DNA from: Solirubrobacteraceae bacterium
GTDB lineage: Bacteria > Actinomycetota > Thermoleophilia > Solirubrobacterales > Solirubrobacteraceae
Length of the DNA stretch: 64,000 nucleotides
Direction of reading: 5' to 3'
Assembly (NCBI GenBank): GCA_030447505.1
Contig: JAUJOT010000008.1
Span: forward strand, 97,400 to 161,399
In this document: positions 44,332-54,123 of the stretch, one piece after another
How the letters are laid out: every line of letters starts with the position of its first letter
Numbering within the stretch: position 1 is the first letter of the stretch
Position numbers and translations under genes: made by a program
The notes under the pieces: model-generated
Told to the model about the DNA's origin: nothing
Databases searched by the model: none
What the model saw: only the letters and a program-made list of their open reading frames with translations

Positions 44332-45806
44332 GAGGTTGTCCCGTAGCTCGTAGAACTTCGTAGTACGGCGGTCCCTCCCGCCGCGTCCGCTGCCGTTGGC
44401 AGCGTTCGCGGTGATCCGCCAAAGATCGAGGAGGAACCGCCATGAAGACCGTATCGGTCGCGCAGGCCGCGGCCGCGCAGGAGGGCGTGTTGCCCGCGCG
44501 CGTGCAGGAAGCGCTCGGTGAGCTCGTCGGCGCCGCGAAGGAAGGACTGTTGGCGCTGAGCGTCGGCGTCGGCCTCGGCGTGCTCGCCGAGTTGATGGAA
44601 GAAGAGGTCGATGAGGTCGTCGGGCCGAAGGGCCGCCACGACCCTGATCGCAGCGCGGTGCGTCACGGCCGCGAGGACGGCAGCGTGACGCTCGGCGGCC
44701 GGCGCGTCCCGGTTCAACGGCCGCGCGTGCGTAGCGCCGACGACAGCGAGGAGGTGGCCTTGAAGACGTACGCGCACTTCGCCGACCGTGACGCCCTGAC
44801 AGCTGTCGTGCTCGAGCGGATGCTCGCCGGTGTGAGCACGCGCCGCTACGCGCGCACGCAGGAGCCCGTCGGCGAGGAGGTCGAGCAGGCGTCGCGGTCG
44901 ACGTCGAAGTCGGCGGTCTCGCGGGCGTTCGTGGCGCGCACGAGCGAGCGCCTGGGCGAGCTGATGGCGCGTCGCCTGGACGACATCCGCCTCGCGGTGC
45001 TGATGCTTGACGGCATCGATCTGAAGGGCCGCTGCAACGTCGTCGCGCTCGGGATCACGACCGAGGGCGTGAAGATCCCGCTCGGGCTGTGGGAAGGCTC
45101 GACGGAGAACGCGGCGGTCGCGACCGCACTGCTGGCCGACCTCGTCGACCGCGGTCTGAATGTCGGTCAGGGCGTGCTCTGCGTCCTTGACGGCGCCAAG
45201 GCGCTGCGCAAAGCGGTCCGCGACGTGCTCGGCGCCGACACGCCGGTGCAGCGCGCTGTATCCGTCACAAGGAACGCAACGTCCTCGATCACCTGCCCGA
45301 GCGCGATCGTCCGCCCGTCAAGCGCCGGCTGCGGGCGGCGTGGAAGCTTGACGATCACGCTGCAGCGCTCGAGCGGCTGCAGGCGCTCGCCGACGAGCTC
45401 GCGCGCTCACACCCGGGTGCCGCGGCGTCGCTGCGTGAGGGCATCGCCGAGACGCTGACAGTGACCAGGCTCGGGATTCGCGGCGCGCTGAAGCGCACGC
45501 TCGAGTCCACGAACCCGTGCGAGTCGATGATCGAGTGCGTGCGTCGCACCAGCCGCAACGTCAAGCACTGGCAGTCCGGCGACATGGCGCTGCGCTGGAC
45601 GGCCGCGGGCATGCTCGAAGCCGAGCAGCAGTTTCGCCGCGTGATCGGCTACCGCGATCTCGCCAAGCTCGCCGTCGCCGTCGAACGCGATCTCACCGCC
45701 AAGACGAACCTCTCGCCGCCCGCCGAGCAGGACGCTACGCTCGTCACCGCCTGACCATCAACACCGGGACCGTCATCACGAAGTTCCACGACGAACGGGA
45801 CATCCT
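44332..45806 (+). mobile_element. second IS256-family insertion sequence (about 1.47 kb) flanked by a direct repeat
   Basis: CCGACGAGGG lies at 44322-44331 and 45807-45816. Imperfect IRs of about 40 nt are GAGGTTGTCCCGTAGCTCGTAGAACTTCGTAG... versus AGGATGTCCCGTTCGTCGTGGAACTTCGTGA... Confidence 0.8.
44442..45754 (+). pseudogene. IS256-family transposase with one frameshift
   Basis: Frame 0 runs to ...GADTPVQR. The sequence then continues in another frame as CIRHKERNVLDHLPER...STNPCESMIECVRRTSRNVKHW. An extra GC in CAGCGC-GC-TGTATC lies around 45251-45256. Confidence 0.8.
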
Positions 45807-46350
45807 CCGACGAGGGCGGCGGGCGGATCTTCGTCACCGAGAACCTCAGAGCGACGACGCTCGTGGTCCCGAGAAGACCGCGACCGAAGCGATGGCCCGA
45901 GCTGGAGTTGGACGCGGCGCGCGAACCTAAATTTCCGATCGCGTCAACGTGGTAGCCGCTCTGTGCTCGACGTTGAGCGTGAACGAGGTGTGGGAACCGG
46001 GTGATCGCCCTAAAGACCGATCGTTCGCGGCCCACGCTACGCTGTGAATGCGCCGTCGCCTTGGACGTCCGGCTACGTCTCCGGCGTCGCTGCCCGCACC
46101 TTTCGCGAATATCGCGAGCTACTCCGACCGCTCCTGCTGTGAGGCACGAGCAGCGGTCTGCAGCGCACGCAAGCCGGTGGATCGCGCGTAGCGTCGCGTT
46201 TGCCGCTCGTGGGAACGTGTTCGGATGCGTCCCGCAATTACGTGGCCTAGCGCAGCGGAGCTGTTCGAGGCCGCCGTCCCGGTTGTGGTTCGTCTCCGGG
46301 ACGGCCAGGCAGCGCGTCGCGCGTCGGGTCCGGGCCCGGGTGAAGGACGC

Positions 46351-46683
46351 CTATGGAGTGGTTTTCGGAGCGGAAAGCTGGACCAGACTCTCTGCCTCCA
46401 CGATGAGCGACACCGTGAGCATGAGCGCCGTGAGGCTGTTTCCAACGGCGTACTGCGGCTGGGAGACGCGATGCATAGTCTCCGAGCGATTGAAGTTCTG
46501 ACGAGGCCGCTTCCCGAACGGATCGTAGCCCTCAAGCGCGCGGGCGGTCGCGAATAGCAGCGCTCCGAGTCGTAACTGTCTCGCGGATGCATCGCTCTCT
46601 GCGAGCTGGCGAAAAGCCTTGCGCGCTTGGCGTACATGACGATGGCTGAAGTAGTCCTGCGCGGCAGGGTCCAGACGCAGCAA
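46351..46683 (-). CDS. possible orphan ORF or gene fragment (helical, unknown)
   Basis: LDPAAQDYFSHRHVRQARKAFRQLAESDASARQLRLGALLFATARALEGYDPFGKRPRQNF... has protein-like composition. TTG start. It overlaps the upstream region of the CPBP gene. Confidence 0.3.
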   Translation of the reverse strand: MLRLDPAAQDYFSHRHVRQARKAFRQLAESDASARQLRLGALLFATARALEGYDPFGKRPRQNFNRSETMHRVSQPQYAVGNSLTALMLTVSLIVEAESLVQLSAPKTTP

Positions 46684-46725
46684 GGGAGTCTGTTCGTCGC
46701 CTTGCCGCGCCGTACGCTCACGACC

Positions 46726-47574
46726 ATGGCTGAAACCGCTCCGCCGCCCGTCAAGCAGCCAAGCGGTGTTGACGCGGCGGCGCCGTCACCGGCGCTCGGA
46801 GCGGCTGGCTGGCAGCCATGGACCGTCGGGGTCGCGGCCGTGGGAGCTTTCGCGCTCGTGCTCGCCGGTCGGGCGATCGTCTCGACCGCTACGGGCGATG
46901 ACGTGGACGCGCTGGTCGGTGTCGCGCTGATTGTGCTGAACGCCGCCCCGATCGCTCTGGCGCTGATCTTGGCCCGTCTGCACGGTAGAGCGACCGCCCG
47001 TGACTTTGGGCTGCGCCGCCCACCGCTCGTACGCGCGATGGGGCTGCTTGTCGCCGTCTGGTTGGGGCTGACCGTGCTTACTGTCCTGTGGGTCGCGGCG
47101 CTCGGCCTCGACGGTGAGGAAGGCCAGGCGCTGACGCAGCGACTCGGGGCCGAGGGGACGTTGTCCGTGATCGTCCTCGTGGTGGTCGTGTCGGTTGTGG
47201 GGCCGGTCGGCGAAGAGGTGCTCTTTCGCGGCTACATCTTTCGGGCGCTGCGCAACTGGCGCGGCGTATGGCCGGCGACGATCACGACGGGCGTGCTGTT
47301 CGCTGCGACGCACCTCGGATGGGTGTCGCTCGCGCTGATCGTCCCGATCGTCGTCTTCGGCATCGCGATGTGTCTGCTGTATCACTGGACCGGGTCGCTG
47401 TATCCATGTATCGCGGTGCATGCGTTCGGCAACGCGATTCCGCTCGCGGGCGCGCTGGACTGGACCTGGCAGGCCCCGCTGCTGATCGTGGGCTCAACGC
47501 TCGCCGCACTGACGCTCACCCGACTGCTCGCCCTCGGACTCGGCGACGGGCATCGCGCTGCACCCGAAGCCTGA
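46726..47574 (+). CDS. CPBP-family (CAAX-type) intramembrane glutamic endopeptidase
   Basis: ATG at 46726. GPVGEEVLFRGYIF, FAATHL and the AVHAFGNA motifs are present, with multiple TM helices. Confidence 0.85.
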   Translation: MAETAPPPVKQPSGVDAAAPSPALGAAGWQPWTVGVAAVGAFALVLAGRAIVSTATGDDVDALVGVALIVLNAAPIALALILARLHGRATARDFGLRRPPLVRAMGLLVAVWLGLTVLTVLWVAALGLDGEEGQALTQRLGAEGTLSVIVLVVVVSVVGPVGEEVLFRGYIFRALRNWRGVWPATITTGVLFAATHLGWVSLALIVPIVVFGIAMCLLYHWTGSLYPCIAVHAFGNAIPLAGALDWTWQAPLLIVGSTLAALTLTRLLALGLGDGHRAAPEA

Positions 47575-47797
47575 ATCCACAACACGACGTTCCCCAGGCC
47601 TGCACCCTGTCGAGACGCCTCGTCCCGTTTGCGCTTCGCCTGTCGGACGCGCCGGCGGGACCGCCCGCGCCTTCGCGGGCTCGTCTTGCGTCCCGCTGGA
47701 GGACCGGGTTGCGGCCCACCGTGCGAGCGTCCGGCAAGCGGATCCCTCTGCCGGGTCCCGGCCGTACCGCCGCCCGCTGAGACGCGCGGCCCTGCGG

Positions 47798-47971
47798 TCA
47801 GCCGGTGTGCGCGAGCACGTTGACGATCGTTCTTCCAGGGTCCTCGACGAAGAAGCGGCGAACGCCCCACGGCTCGTCGGTGAGCGGGTAGACGACGCGC
47901 AGCCCGCGTCTGAGCGCGTCATCATCGCGACAAAACCAGCCCGCCTCGGTCGCTCGAAGCGACGAGGTCAT
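47798..47971 (-). pseudogene. C-terminal fragment of a VOC/glyoxalase-family protein
   Basis: The 57-aa ORF ends ...VYPLTDEPWGVRRFFVEDPGRTIVNVLAH. The N-terminal beta-alpha-beta half is absent, and the upstream frames do not match the family. Confidence 0.45.
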
Positions 47972-48016
47972 TGCCTTCGTCTGCGAGCAGGCGCGGCGCG
48001 TTCGTCCTCCGCGGCG

Positions 48017-49180
48017 TCAAGGTGGGGGTCCCTCACCGATCGCCGACGCGGCGATGGTCCAGGCCTCGGCGGACTCGCGGAAGCGGTCGAAGTCAGCGGC
48101 GGCCGGTGTTGCGCCGCTGTAGTCGGCGATCCATCGGAAGATCTGGTTGCCCTCGACGGCGAGCGTCCGGAGCGAGGCGGTGTCGGGCGCCGCTTCCCCC
48201 TCCGTCAGCCATAAGCGCTCGATCGTCGCCCAAACCCCGCCTTGTCGGCCTGCCCCCACCTCTCGGGCGATCTCGGGCGCGCCGAGCACGTCGAACGATT
48301 CGTGCAGCTGCGCGTGCAAATCGGTTACCTGCATTAGCGCCACGCGGCTCATGTGCTCGGTCAGGTTGAGCTGCAGGTCCCTCGTCGCGAGTTCGATCGG
48401 GACCTTGCTGACGGTATTCTGCCCGGCGCCCTGGGTCTCGCGGATGTAGTCGGCGACCCTCGACATCAGCTGGCGCCAGAGGTTCGGGAAGGCGTCGTTC
48501 ACGACCATCCCCGACAGCACTTCGGTATTGCCCTTGGCCAGAACACGCCGATAGAGCATCCCGCGGTCCTTCGCCGAGAGCCGGTCATCGCTCAGCTGCC
48601 AATGACGGTTCAAGCGGCTCTTAGTCGCGGGATCTCGGACATCGAAGACACCGGCCGTCCAGCGCAGCACGAGCGCGTCGGCGAGCTTGAAGACGCCCAG
48701 CAGCTCACCGAGGACGTAGACATAGTCGAGTGCCCCGGCCGCGAGGATGTACTCGCGGATCGACTTCTCGCCCTCGACGTGGTGGAACGTCCCCACCTGG
48801 AAGTCCGAAGGTCCGATGATCGTGGCCAACTGGCGCGCGAACCTGATCGGCTCCTGGACCTGGCCGCGGCCGCTGCGGTGGCTGCGCGGGCTAGACGACC
48901 CCGACGAGCGCTGCGGAGGGACGGCCGCCGCGGACGGCGGCTTGTGCGTCGCGGCCGCGGCGGGCGTCGATTCGCGAGCGCTGCCAGTGGGCGCTTCGCT
49001 GGGGCCAGAAAGTGGCGTCGGCTTGCATACCGTGTCTCCATTGGTCGACGAACGATGACCCGCCCGACGCAGCTCAAGTGTGAGATCCGTCCCCCACAGG
49101 GTCTGGCGTGGGATCGATCGCCGAGTGAGTCCCAGTTGACGTTCGTCTTGGAACGGGCGCGGCGCAGCCTGGAGGATCAC
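48017..49180 (-). CDS. orphan hypothetical protein (disordered S/P/A-rich N-terminus plus helical domain of about 270 aa)
   Basis: GTG at 49180. GC is lower than in the neighbours. Composition is balanced (…YILAAGALDYVYVLGELLGVFKLADALVLRW…NDAFPNLWRQLMSRVADYIRET…). I recognise no motif. Confidence 0.65.
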   Translation of the reverse strand: MILQAAPRPFQDERQLGLTRRSIPRQTLWGTDLTLELRRAGHRSSTNGDTVCKPTPLSGPSEAPTGSARESTPAAAATHKPPSAAAVPPQRSSGSSSPRSHRSGRGQVQEPIRFARQLATIIGPSDFQVGTFHHVEGEKSIREYILAAGALDYVYVLGELLGVFKLADALVLRWTAGVFDVRDPATKSRLNRHWQLSDDRLSAKDRGMLYRRVLAKGNTEVLSGMVVNDAFPNLWRQLMSRVADYIRETQGAGQNTVSKVPIELATRDLQLNLTEHMSRVALMQVTDLHAQLHESFDVLGAPEIAREVGAGRQGGVWATIERLWLTEGEAAPDTASLRTLAVEGNQIFRWIADYSGATPAAADFDRFRESAEAWTIAASAIGEGPPP

Positions 49181-49207
49181 ACCTGAGCCCTATGCAATGC
49201 TTAGGCG

Positions 49208-49990
49208 GTGCACGCGCGCCTCCGTTCGACGTCCCTGCTCGTCGCCGCGCTGCTCGGCGCCGCTCTCGTCGCCGCGAGCTGCGGTTCGGACGACGCAGGC
49301 AATGACCGCAGCGAGGTCGTCGTCTCGGCCGCGACCTCGCTGAAGAGCGGGCTCACGAGCTACGGCGAGCGGTTCAGCGACGGCGAGGCGCAGTTCTCGT
49401 TCGCCGGCTCCGACGAACTCGCCGCCCAGATCCGCGCGGGTGCCAAGCCCGACGTCTTCGCCGCGGCGAACACGGAGCTTCCCGACGCACTCTTCGAGGA
49501 GGGACTGGTCGAGCGCCCGCAGGTCTTCGCATCCAACCGGCTCGTGCTCGCCGTGCCGGCCGAGGGAGCGAAGGTAGGCTCGCTCGACGACGTCGCGAAG
49601 GAGGGCGTGACGATCGTGATCGGGTCGCAGTCCGTCCCGATCGGCGCCTACACGCGCAAGGTCCTAGGCCGCCTCGACGGCGCCACACGCGCCGGCATTC
49701 TCGCCAACGTGCGCTCGAACGAGCCCGACGTCGGCGGCATCTCGGCGAAGCTCACGCAGGGCGCCGCGGACGCGGGCTTTCTGTACCGCACGGACGTCGT
49801 CGCGACGAACGGCCGCCTGAAGGCGATCGAGCTGCCCGCCCGGCTGCAGCCGGACGTCGCCTACGGCGTCGCGATCGTCAAGGGCGCCGAGCACCGCGCG
49901 GAGGCGCAGGCGTTCGTCGCCGGCCTGCTCGACGGCAGCGGCGCCGACGCGCTGACGAGCGCGGGCTTCCGGCCGCCGCCGACGAAGTGA
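49208..49990 (+). CDS. modA: molybdate ABC transporter substrate-binding lipoprotein
   Basis: Lipobox LVAASC is present. VSAATSLKSG, FSFAGSDELAAQI and VPIGAYTRKVL are present. Confidence 0.9.
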   Translation: MHARLRSTSLLVAALLGAALVAASCGSDDAGNDRSEVVVSAATSLKSGLTSYGERFSDGEAQFSFAGSDELAAQIRAGAKPDVFAAANTELPDALFEEGLVERPQVFASNRLVLAVPAEGAKVGSLDDVAKEGVTIVIGSQSVPIGAYTRKVLGRLDGATRAGILANVRSNEPDVGGISAKLTQGAADAGFLYRTDVVATNGRLKAIELPARLQPDVAYGVAIVKGAEHRAEAQAFVAGLLDGSGADALTSAGFRPPPTK

Positions 49991-50787
49991 CGCGCGGGCG
50001 CTGGTTCGCGCCGGCGCTCGTCGTCGCCCTCGCCGTCGCACTGACGTTCCTCACGCTGCCCGTCGTCGCGATCTTCGTCCGCACGAGCCCCGGCAACCTC
50101 GTCGCCGCGCTCGACGACCCGGGCGTCCTCGACGCGCTGTGGCTGAGCCTGCGCACGACGCTCACCGCGCTGGCGATCATCGTCGTCGTCGGCACGCCGG
50201 CCGCCTACCTGCTGGCCACGCGGATGTTCCGCGGCCACGCGCTCGTCGTGACGCTCGTCGAGCTGCCGCTCGTCCTGCCGCCGGCGGTCGCCGGCGTCGG
50301 ACTGCTCGTCGCTGTCGGGCCGGGCGGCATCATCGGCGCGAAGATCGCGGACGCCGGAGTACGGCTGGCCCTGGAGACGGCGGGCGTCGTCGTCGCGCTG
50401 ACGTTCGTCGCGGCGCCGTTCTTCATCCGCGGCGCGCAGGCGGCCTTCGCCGCGGTCGAGCGCTCGTGGCTGGAGGCGTCGCGCACGCTCGGCGCCAGCG
50501 AGGTACGCACGTTCCTGCGCGTCGCGGTGCCGGCCGCCGCGCCGGGGATGCTGGCCGGCCTCGCGCTCGCGTGGGGCCGCGCGGTGGGCGAGTTCGGCGC
50601 CACGCTGATCTTCGCGGGCTCCTTCCGCGGGCGCACCCAGACCGCGCCGCTGGCGATCTACGAGCGCCTCGGGACGGACCTCGACGCCGCGCTGGCGCTG
50701 TCGGCGGTGCTCGTCGCCGTCTCCGGCGCGCTGCTGCTGACCGCGAAGCTGCTGGGCGCCAGGGGGGTCGTGCGTGCTGCGCGTTGA
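49987..50787 (+). CDS. modB: molybdate ABC transporter permease
   Basis: GTGA overlap with modA. The EAA-like loop is EASRTLGASEVRTFLRVAVP...GEFGATLIFAG. Confidence 0.9.
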   Translation: MTRGRWFAPALVVALAVALTFLTLPVVAIFVRTSPGNLVAALDDPGVLDALWLSLRTTLTALAIIVVVGTPAAYLLATRMFRGHALVVTLVELPLVLPPAVAGVGLLVAVGPGGIIGAKIADAGVRLALETAGVVVALTFVAAPFFIRGAQAAFAAVERSWLEASRTLGASEVRTFLRVAVPAAAPGMLAGLALAWGRAVGEFGATLIFAGSFRGRTQTAPLAIYERLGTDLDAALALSAVLVAVSGALLLTAKLLGARGVVRAAR

Positions 50788-51838
50788 GGCCTGCACGGCG
50801 CTTGGCGGCTTCGAGCTGGACGCCGCGCTCGCGGTGCCCGCGGGCACCTGCCTGGCGCTGGCCGGGCCGTCGGGCGCCGGCAAGAGCACGCTGCTGCGGA
50901 TCGCGGCAGGCCTGCTGCGCCCGCAGCACGGCAGGGTGACCTGCGGCGACGACGTCTGGCTCGACACGGCGAGCCGGCACGAGCTGGCGCCCGAGCTGCG
51001 CGCCTGCGGCTATGTCTTCCAGGACTACGCGCTGTTCGGCCACATGGCGGTCTGGCAGAACGTCGCGTACGGGCTGCGCGGCGTGGCGCGTGGCGAGCGC
51101 CGCCGTCGCGCCGAGGAGCTGCTCGCGCGCTTCGGCATCGCGCAGCTCGCAGACGAGCGGCCGCGCACGCTGTCGGGCGGGGAGCGCCAGCGGGTCGCGC
51201 TGGCGCGCGCGCTCGCGCCCAGGCCGCGCGTGCTGCTGCTCGACGAGCCGCTGTCGGCGCTCGATGCTCGCACGCGCGCGAGCGCGTCGCGCGAGCTGGC
51301 GGGCGTTCTGCGCGAGACGGGCGTGCCCGCGCTGCTCGTGACGCATGACTTCACCGAGGCGGCGGTGCTCGGCGACCGCGTCGCCGTGATCGACGGCGGG
51401 CGGATCGTGCAGCAGGGGACGGCAGGCGAGCTCGCCGCGGCGCCGGGGTCGGCGTTCATCGCCGACTTCACGGGCGCGGTCGTGCTGACGGGCGTCGCGC
51501 GCGGCGGCCCCGGTGACCTGACTGCGGTCGACCTCGACGGCGGCGGCGTCGCGACGAGCACCGATCGGGCCGCGGGCCCGGTCGCGCTGAGCGTGCACCC
51601 CTGGGAGATCTCGCTCGGGCCGGCCGGCGCGCGCGCCGAGGGCTCGGCCCAGAACCACCTCGATGCCGAGGTCGTGACGGTGACGCACGTCGGCAATCGC
51701 GTGCGCGTCGGGCTTGCCGCGCCGCAGCCGCTGGTCGCGGAGATCACCGGGGCCGCGGTCGGCGGGCTGCACCTCGCGCCGGGCATGCGCGTGACCGCGA
51801 CGTGGAAGGCGACCGCGACACGGCTCGTCAGCGTGTGA
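50774..51838 (+). CDS. modC: molybdate ABC transporter ATP-binding protein with a TOBE-like C-terminus
   Basis: Walker A GPSGAGKST, signature LSGGERQRV and Walker B LLLDEP are present. The C-terminal part is beta-rich. Confidence 0.9.
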   Translation: MLRVEACTALGGFELDAALAVPAGTCLALAGPSGAGKSTLLRIAAGLLRPQHGRVTCGDDVWLDTASRHELAPELRACGYVFQDYALFGHMAVWQNVAYGLRGVARGERRRRAEELLARFGIAQLADERPRTLSGGERQRVALARALAPRPRVLLLDEPLSALDARTRASASRELAGVLRETGVPALLVTHDFTEAAVLGDRVAVIDGGRIVQQGTAGELAAAPGSAFIADFTGAVVLTGVARGGPGDLTAVDLDGGGVATSTDRAAGPVALSVHPWEISLGPAGARAEGSAQNHLDAEVVTVTHVGNRVRVGLAAPQPLVAEITGAAVGGLHLAPGMRVTATWKATATRLVSV

Positions 51839-52014
51839 GGAGCTCGATCGTCGCGCGAACCGCGCCCACGGCGCGACGACGATGCGCACGGCCGGCGTCG
51901 AGCGACGGCGTGCTGCGTGTCGGCGAGTGCGGCCTCGGCGAGCGCGGCAGCCTGCGCAGCCTCGTGGCGGGCAACCGACCTGGTGCTGACGCGCGGCGTG
52001 GCATCCTGCCGGGC

Positions 52015-53280
52015 GTGCCCCGCGCCGTCATCGTGTCCGCGCTCGCCTTTGCACTGCTCGTGCTCGCCGCCTGCGGCTCCGACGACAGCGCCGCCGAGAG
52101 CACGACCGCCCCGGCCGAGAGCACGACCGCCCCGGCCGAGAGCAAGACCGCCCCGGCCGTGACGGCGTCCTCCGCGACGCGGGCCAAGGCGTCCGCGGCA
52201 GACGGCGTGAAGCTGCTCAGGGTCGGACGGTTCGACGCGCCCGTCTACGTCACGGCGCCACCCGGCGACAGGCGGCGGATCTTCGTCGTCGAGCAGGGCG
52301 GCACGATCCGCGTCGTACGTGACGGCAGGCGCGTGTCGCGTCCGTTCCTCGACCTGCGCTCGAAGGTCGTCGCCGGCGGCGAGCAGGGGCTGCTGTCGAT
52401 GGCGTTCGCTCCCGACTACGCCAAGAGCCGGCGCTTCTACGTCAACTACACCGACCGCAGCGGAACGCAGAGCGTCGTCGAGTTTCGCCGTTCGCAGAGC
52501 CAGGACCGCGCCCTGACGAGCGGGCGCCTCGTCCTGCGCTACGACGACGAGGAGAGCAACCACAACGGCGGCCTCGTCGTGTTCGGTCCCGACCGGCTGC
52601 TGTACATCGGCACCGGCGACGGTGGCGGTGGCAACGACCGGCACGGCCGGCGCGGCAACGCGCAGGACCTCGGCAGCCTGCTCGGCAAGATCCTGCGCAT
52701 CGATCCGCGGCGCTCGGGCGCCAGGCCCTATCGCGTGCCGTCCAGCAACCCGTTCCTGAACCGCTCCGGTGCGCGCGGCGAGATCTACAGCTTCGGCCTG
52801 CGCAACCCATGGCGCTTCTCGTTCGATCGCTCCAACGGCGACCTGACGATCGGCGACGTCGGTCAGGGCGCCGTCGAGGAGGTCAACTTCGCCAGGAAGG
52901 GCCGCGCGCGCGGCGCCAACTACGGCTGGCGCCCGTTCGAGGGCAGCCGCCGGACGCCCGGCATCAGCAGCGACGAGACGGCGCCGGGCCACGTGCCGCC
53001 CGTCATCGAGCTCTCCCACGACCGCGGCAACTGCTCGGTCACCGGCGGCTACGTCGTGCGCGACAAGGGCGTCCCTGCGCTCGAGGGGCGCTACGTGTAC
53101 GGCGACTTCTGCAAGGGCCAGCTGCGCTCGGCGAAGCTCTCGCCGGGGTCGGCGAGCGACGACGCCGCGATTCCCGGCGTCAAGAGGATCTCGCAGCTCT
53201 CCTCGTTCGGCGAGGACGCCCGCGGGCGCGTCTACGTGACGTCGCTCAGCGGGTCGGTCTACCGCCTCGCAGCCGGCTGA
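52015..53280 (+). CDS. PQQ-dependent sugar (glucose/sorbosone-type) dehydrogenase lipoprotein
   Basis: GTG at 52015. Lipobox LVLAAC is present. GEQGLLSMAFAPDY, HNGGLVVFGPD, GKILRIDP and GLRNPWRFSFD are present. Confidence 0.85.
   Translation: MPRAVIVSALAFALLVLAACGSDDSAAESTTAPAESTTAPAESKTAPAVTASSATRAKASAADGVKLLRVGRFDAPVYVTAPPGDRRRIFVVEQGGTIRVVRDGRRVSRPFLDLRSKVVAGGEQGLLSMAFAPDYAKSRRFYVNYTDRSGTQSVVEFRRSQSQDRALTSGRLVLRYDDEESNHNGGLVVFGPDRLLYIGTGDGGGGNDRHGRRGNAQDLGSLLGKILRIDPRRSGARPYRVPSSNPFLNRSGARGEIYSFGLRNPWRFSFDRSNGDLTIGDVGQGAVEEVNFARKGRARGANYGWRPFEGSRRTPGISSDETAPGHVPPVIELSHDRGNCSVTGGYVVRDKGVPALEGRYVYGDFCKGQLRSAKLSPGSASDDAAIPGVKRISQLSSFGEDARGRVYVTSLSGSVYRLAAG
52093..52155 (+). repeat. 3 x 21-bp tandem repeat inside the lipoprotein linker
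   Basis: GCCGAGAGCACGACCGCCCCG occurs twice, then once with a single C-to-A change. It encodes AESTTAP-AESTTAP-AESKTAP. Confidence 0.95.
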
Positions 53281-53315
53281 CCCGCTCCACGCGCCCTCGG
53301 ACATACGCTTGCGGC

Positions 53316-54110
53316 ATGAGCCTGGAGCGCTTCGACGTCGCGCTCGTGCACGCCGACAACCCCGGTCCCTTCACGCTGAGCGGCACGAACACGTGGATCG
53401 TCGGCCGCGACCCGTGCTGGATCGTCGACCCGGGCCCGCAGCTCGAGGAGCACGTCGAGCACGTGCTGGCCGAGGCCCGGCGGCGCGGCGGCGCGGCGGG
53501 CATCGCGCTGACGCACGACCACGACGACCACTGCGGTGCCGCGGCGGCGGTGCGCGCGGGCGCCGGCGGGATACCGGCGGGGGCGGCGCGCTGGGAGGGC
53601 GCCGACGTCGTGCTCGGCGACGGCGACGCGTTCGGCCCGCTCGAGGTCGTCGCGACGCCGGGTCACGCCACCGACCACCTCGCGTTCGTGACCGGCAAGG
53701 TGTGCTTCACGGGCGACGCGGTGCTCGCCCAGAGCAGCGTCTTCGTCGCGCCCGACCCGGGCGCTCTGCGCGGATATCTCGCCGCGCTCGCCCGCCTGCG
53801 CGCGATGAACCTCGAGCTGCTGTGCACCGGCCACGGCCCGCCGGTGCAGGACCCCGCCGCGCTGCTCGACCGCTACCTCGCTCACCGCGCCGACCGCGAG
53901 CGCCGCCTGCTCGCCGCCCTCGACGAGGGCCTGCGCAGCGTCGAAGAGCTGCTCGCCCGCGCCTGGCACGATGCGCCCGCCAGCCTGCGCCTCGCCGCCA
54001 CCGCGACGCTGCTCGCGCACCTCGACAAGCTCGACGAGGAGGGACGGCTGCCGGACGGGGTGCAGCGCCCGCAATGGCCGCCGGCGGGCGGGCTGCGCCC
54101 GGTGGTGTAG
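53316..54110 (+). CDS. MBL-fold metallo-hydrolase
   Basis: ATG at 53316. LTHDHDDHCG (HxHxDH) and TPGHATDH are present. Confidence 0.85.
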   Translation: MSLERFDVALVHADNPGPFTLSGTNTWIVGRDPCWIVDPGPQLEEHVEHVLAEARRRGGAAGIALTHDHDDHCGAAAAVRAGAGGIPAGAARWEGADVVLGDGDAFGPLEVVATPGHATDHLAFVTGKVCFTGDAVLAQSSVFVAPDPGALRGYLAALARLRAMNLELLCTGHGPPVQDPAALLDRYLAHRADRERRLLAALDEGLRSVEELLARAWHDAPASLRLAATATLLAHLDKLDEEGRLPDGVQRPQWPPAGGLRPVV

Positions 54111-54123
54111 CGCCGCGCCGCCC

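Noticed and set aside
52093-52155. Tandem repeat considered as a CRISPR or VNTR locus.
   Set aside because: There are no spacers. The three directly adjacent in-frame copies lie inside a CDS. I kept it as a coding tandem repeat only.
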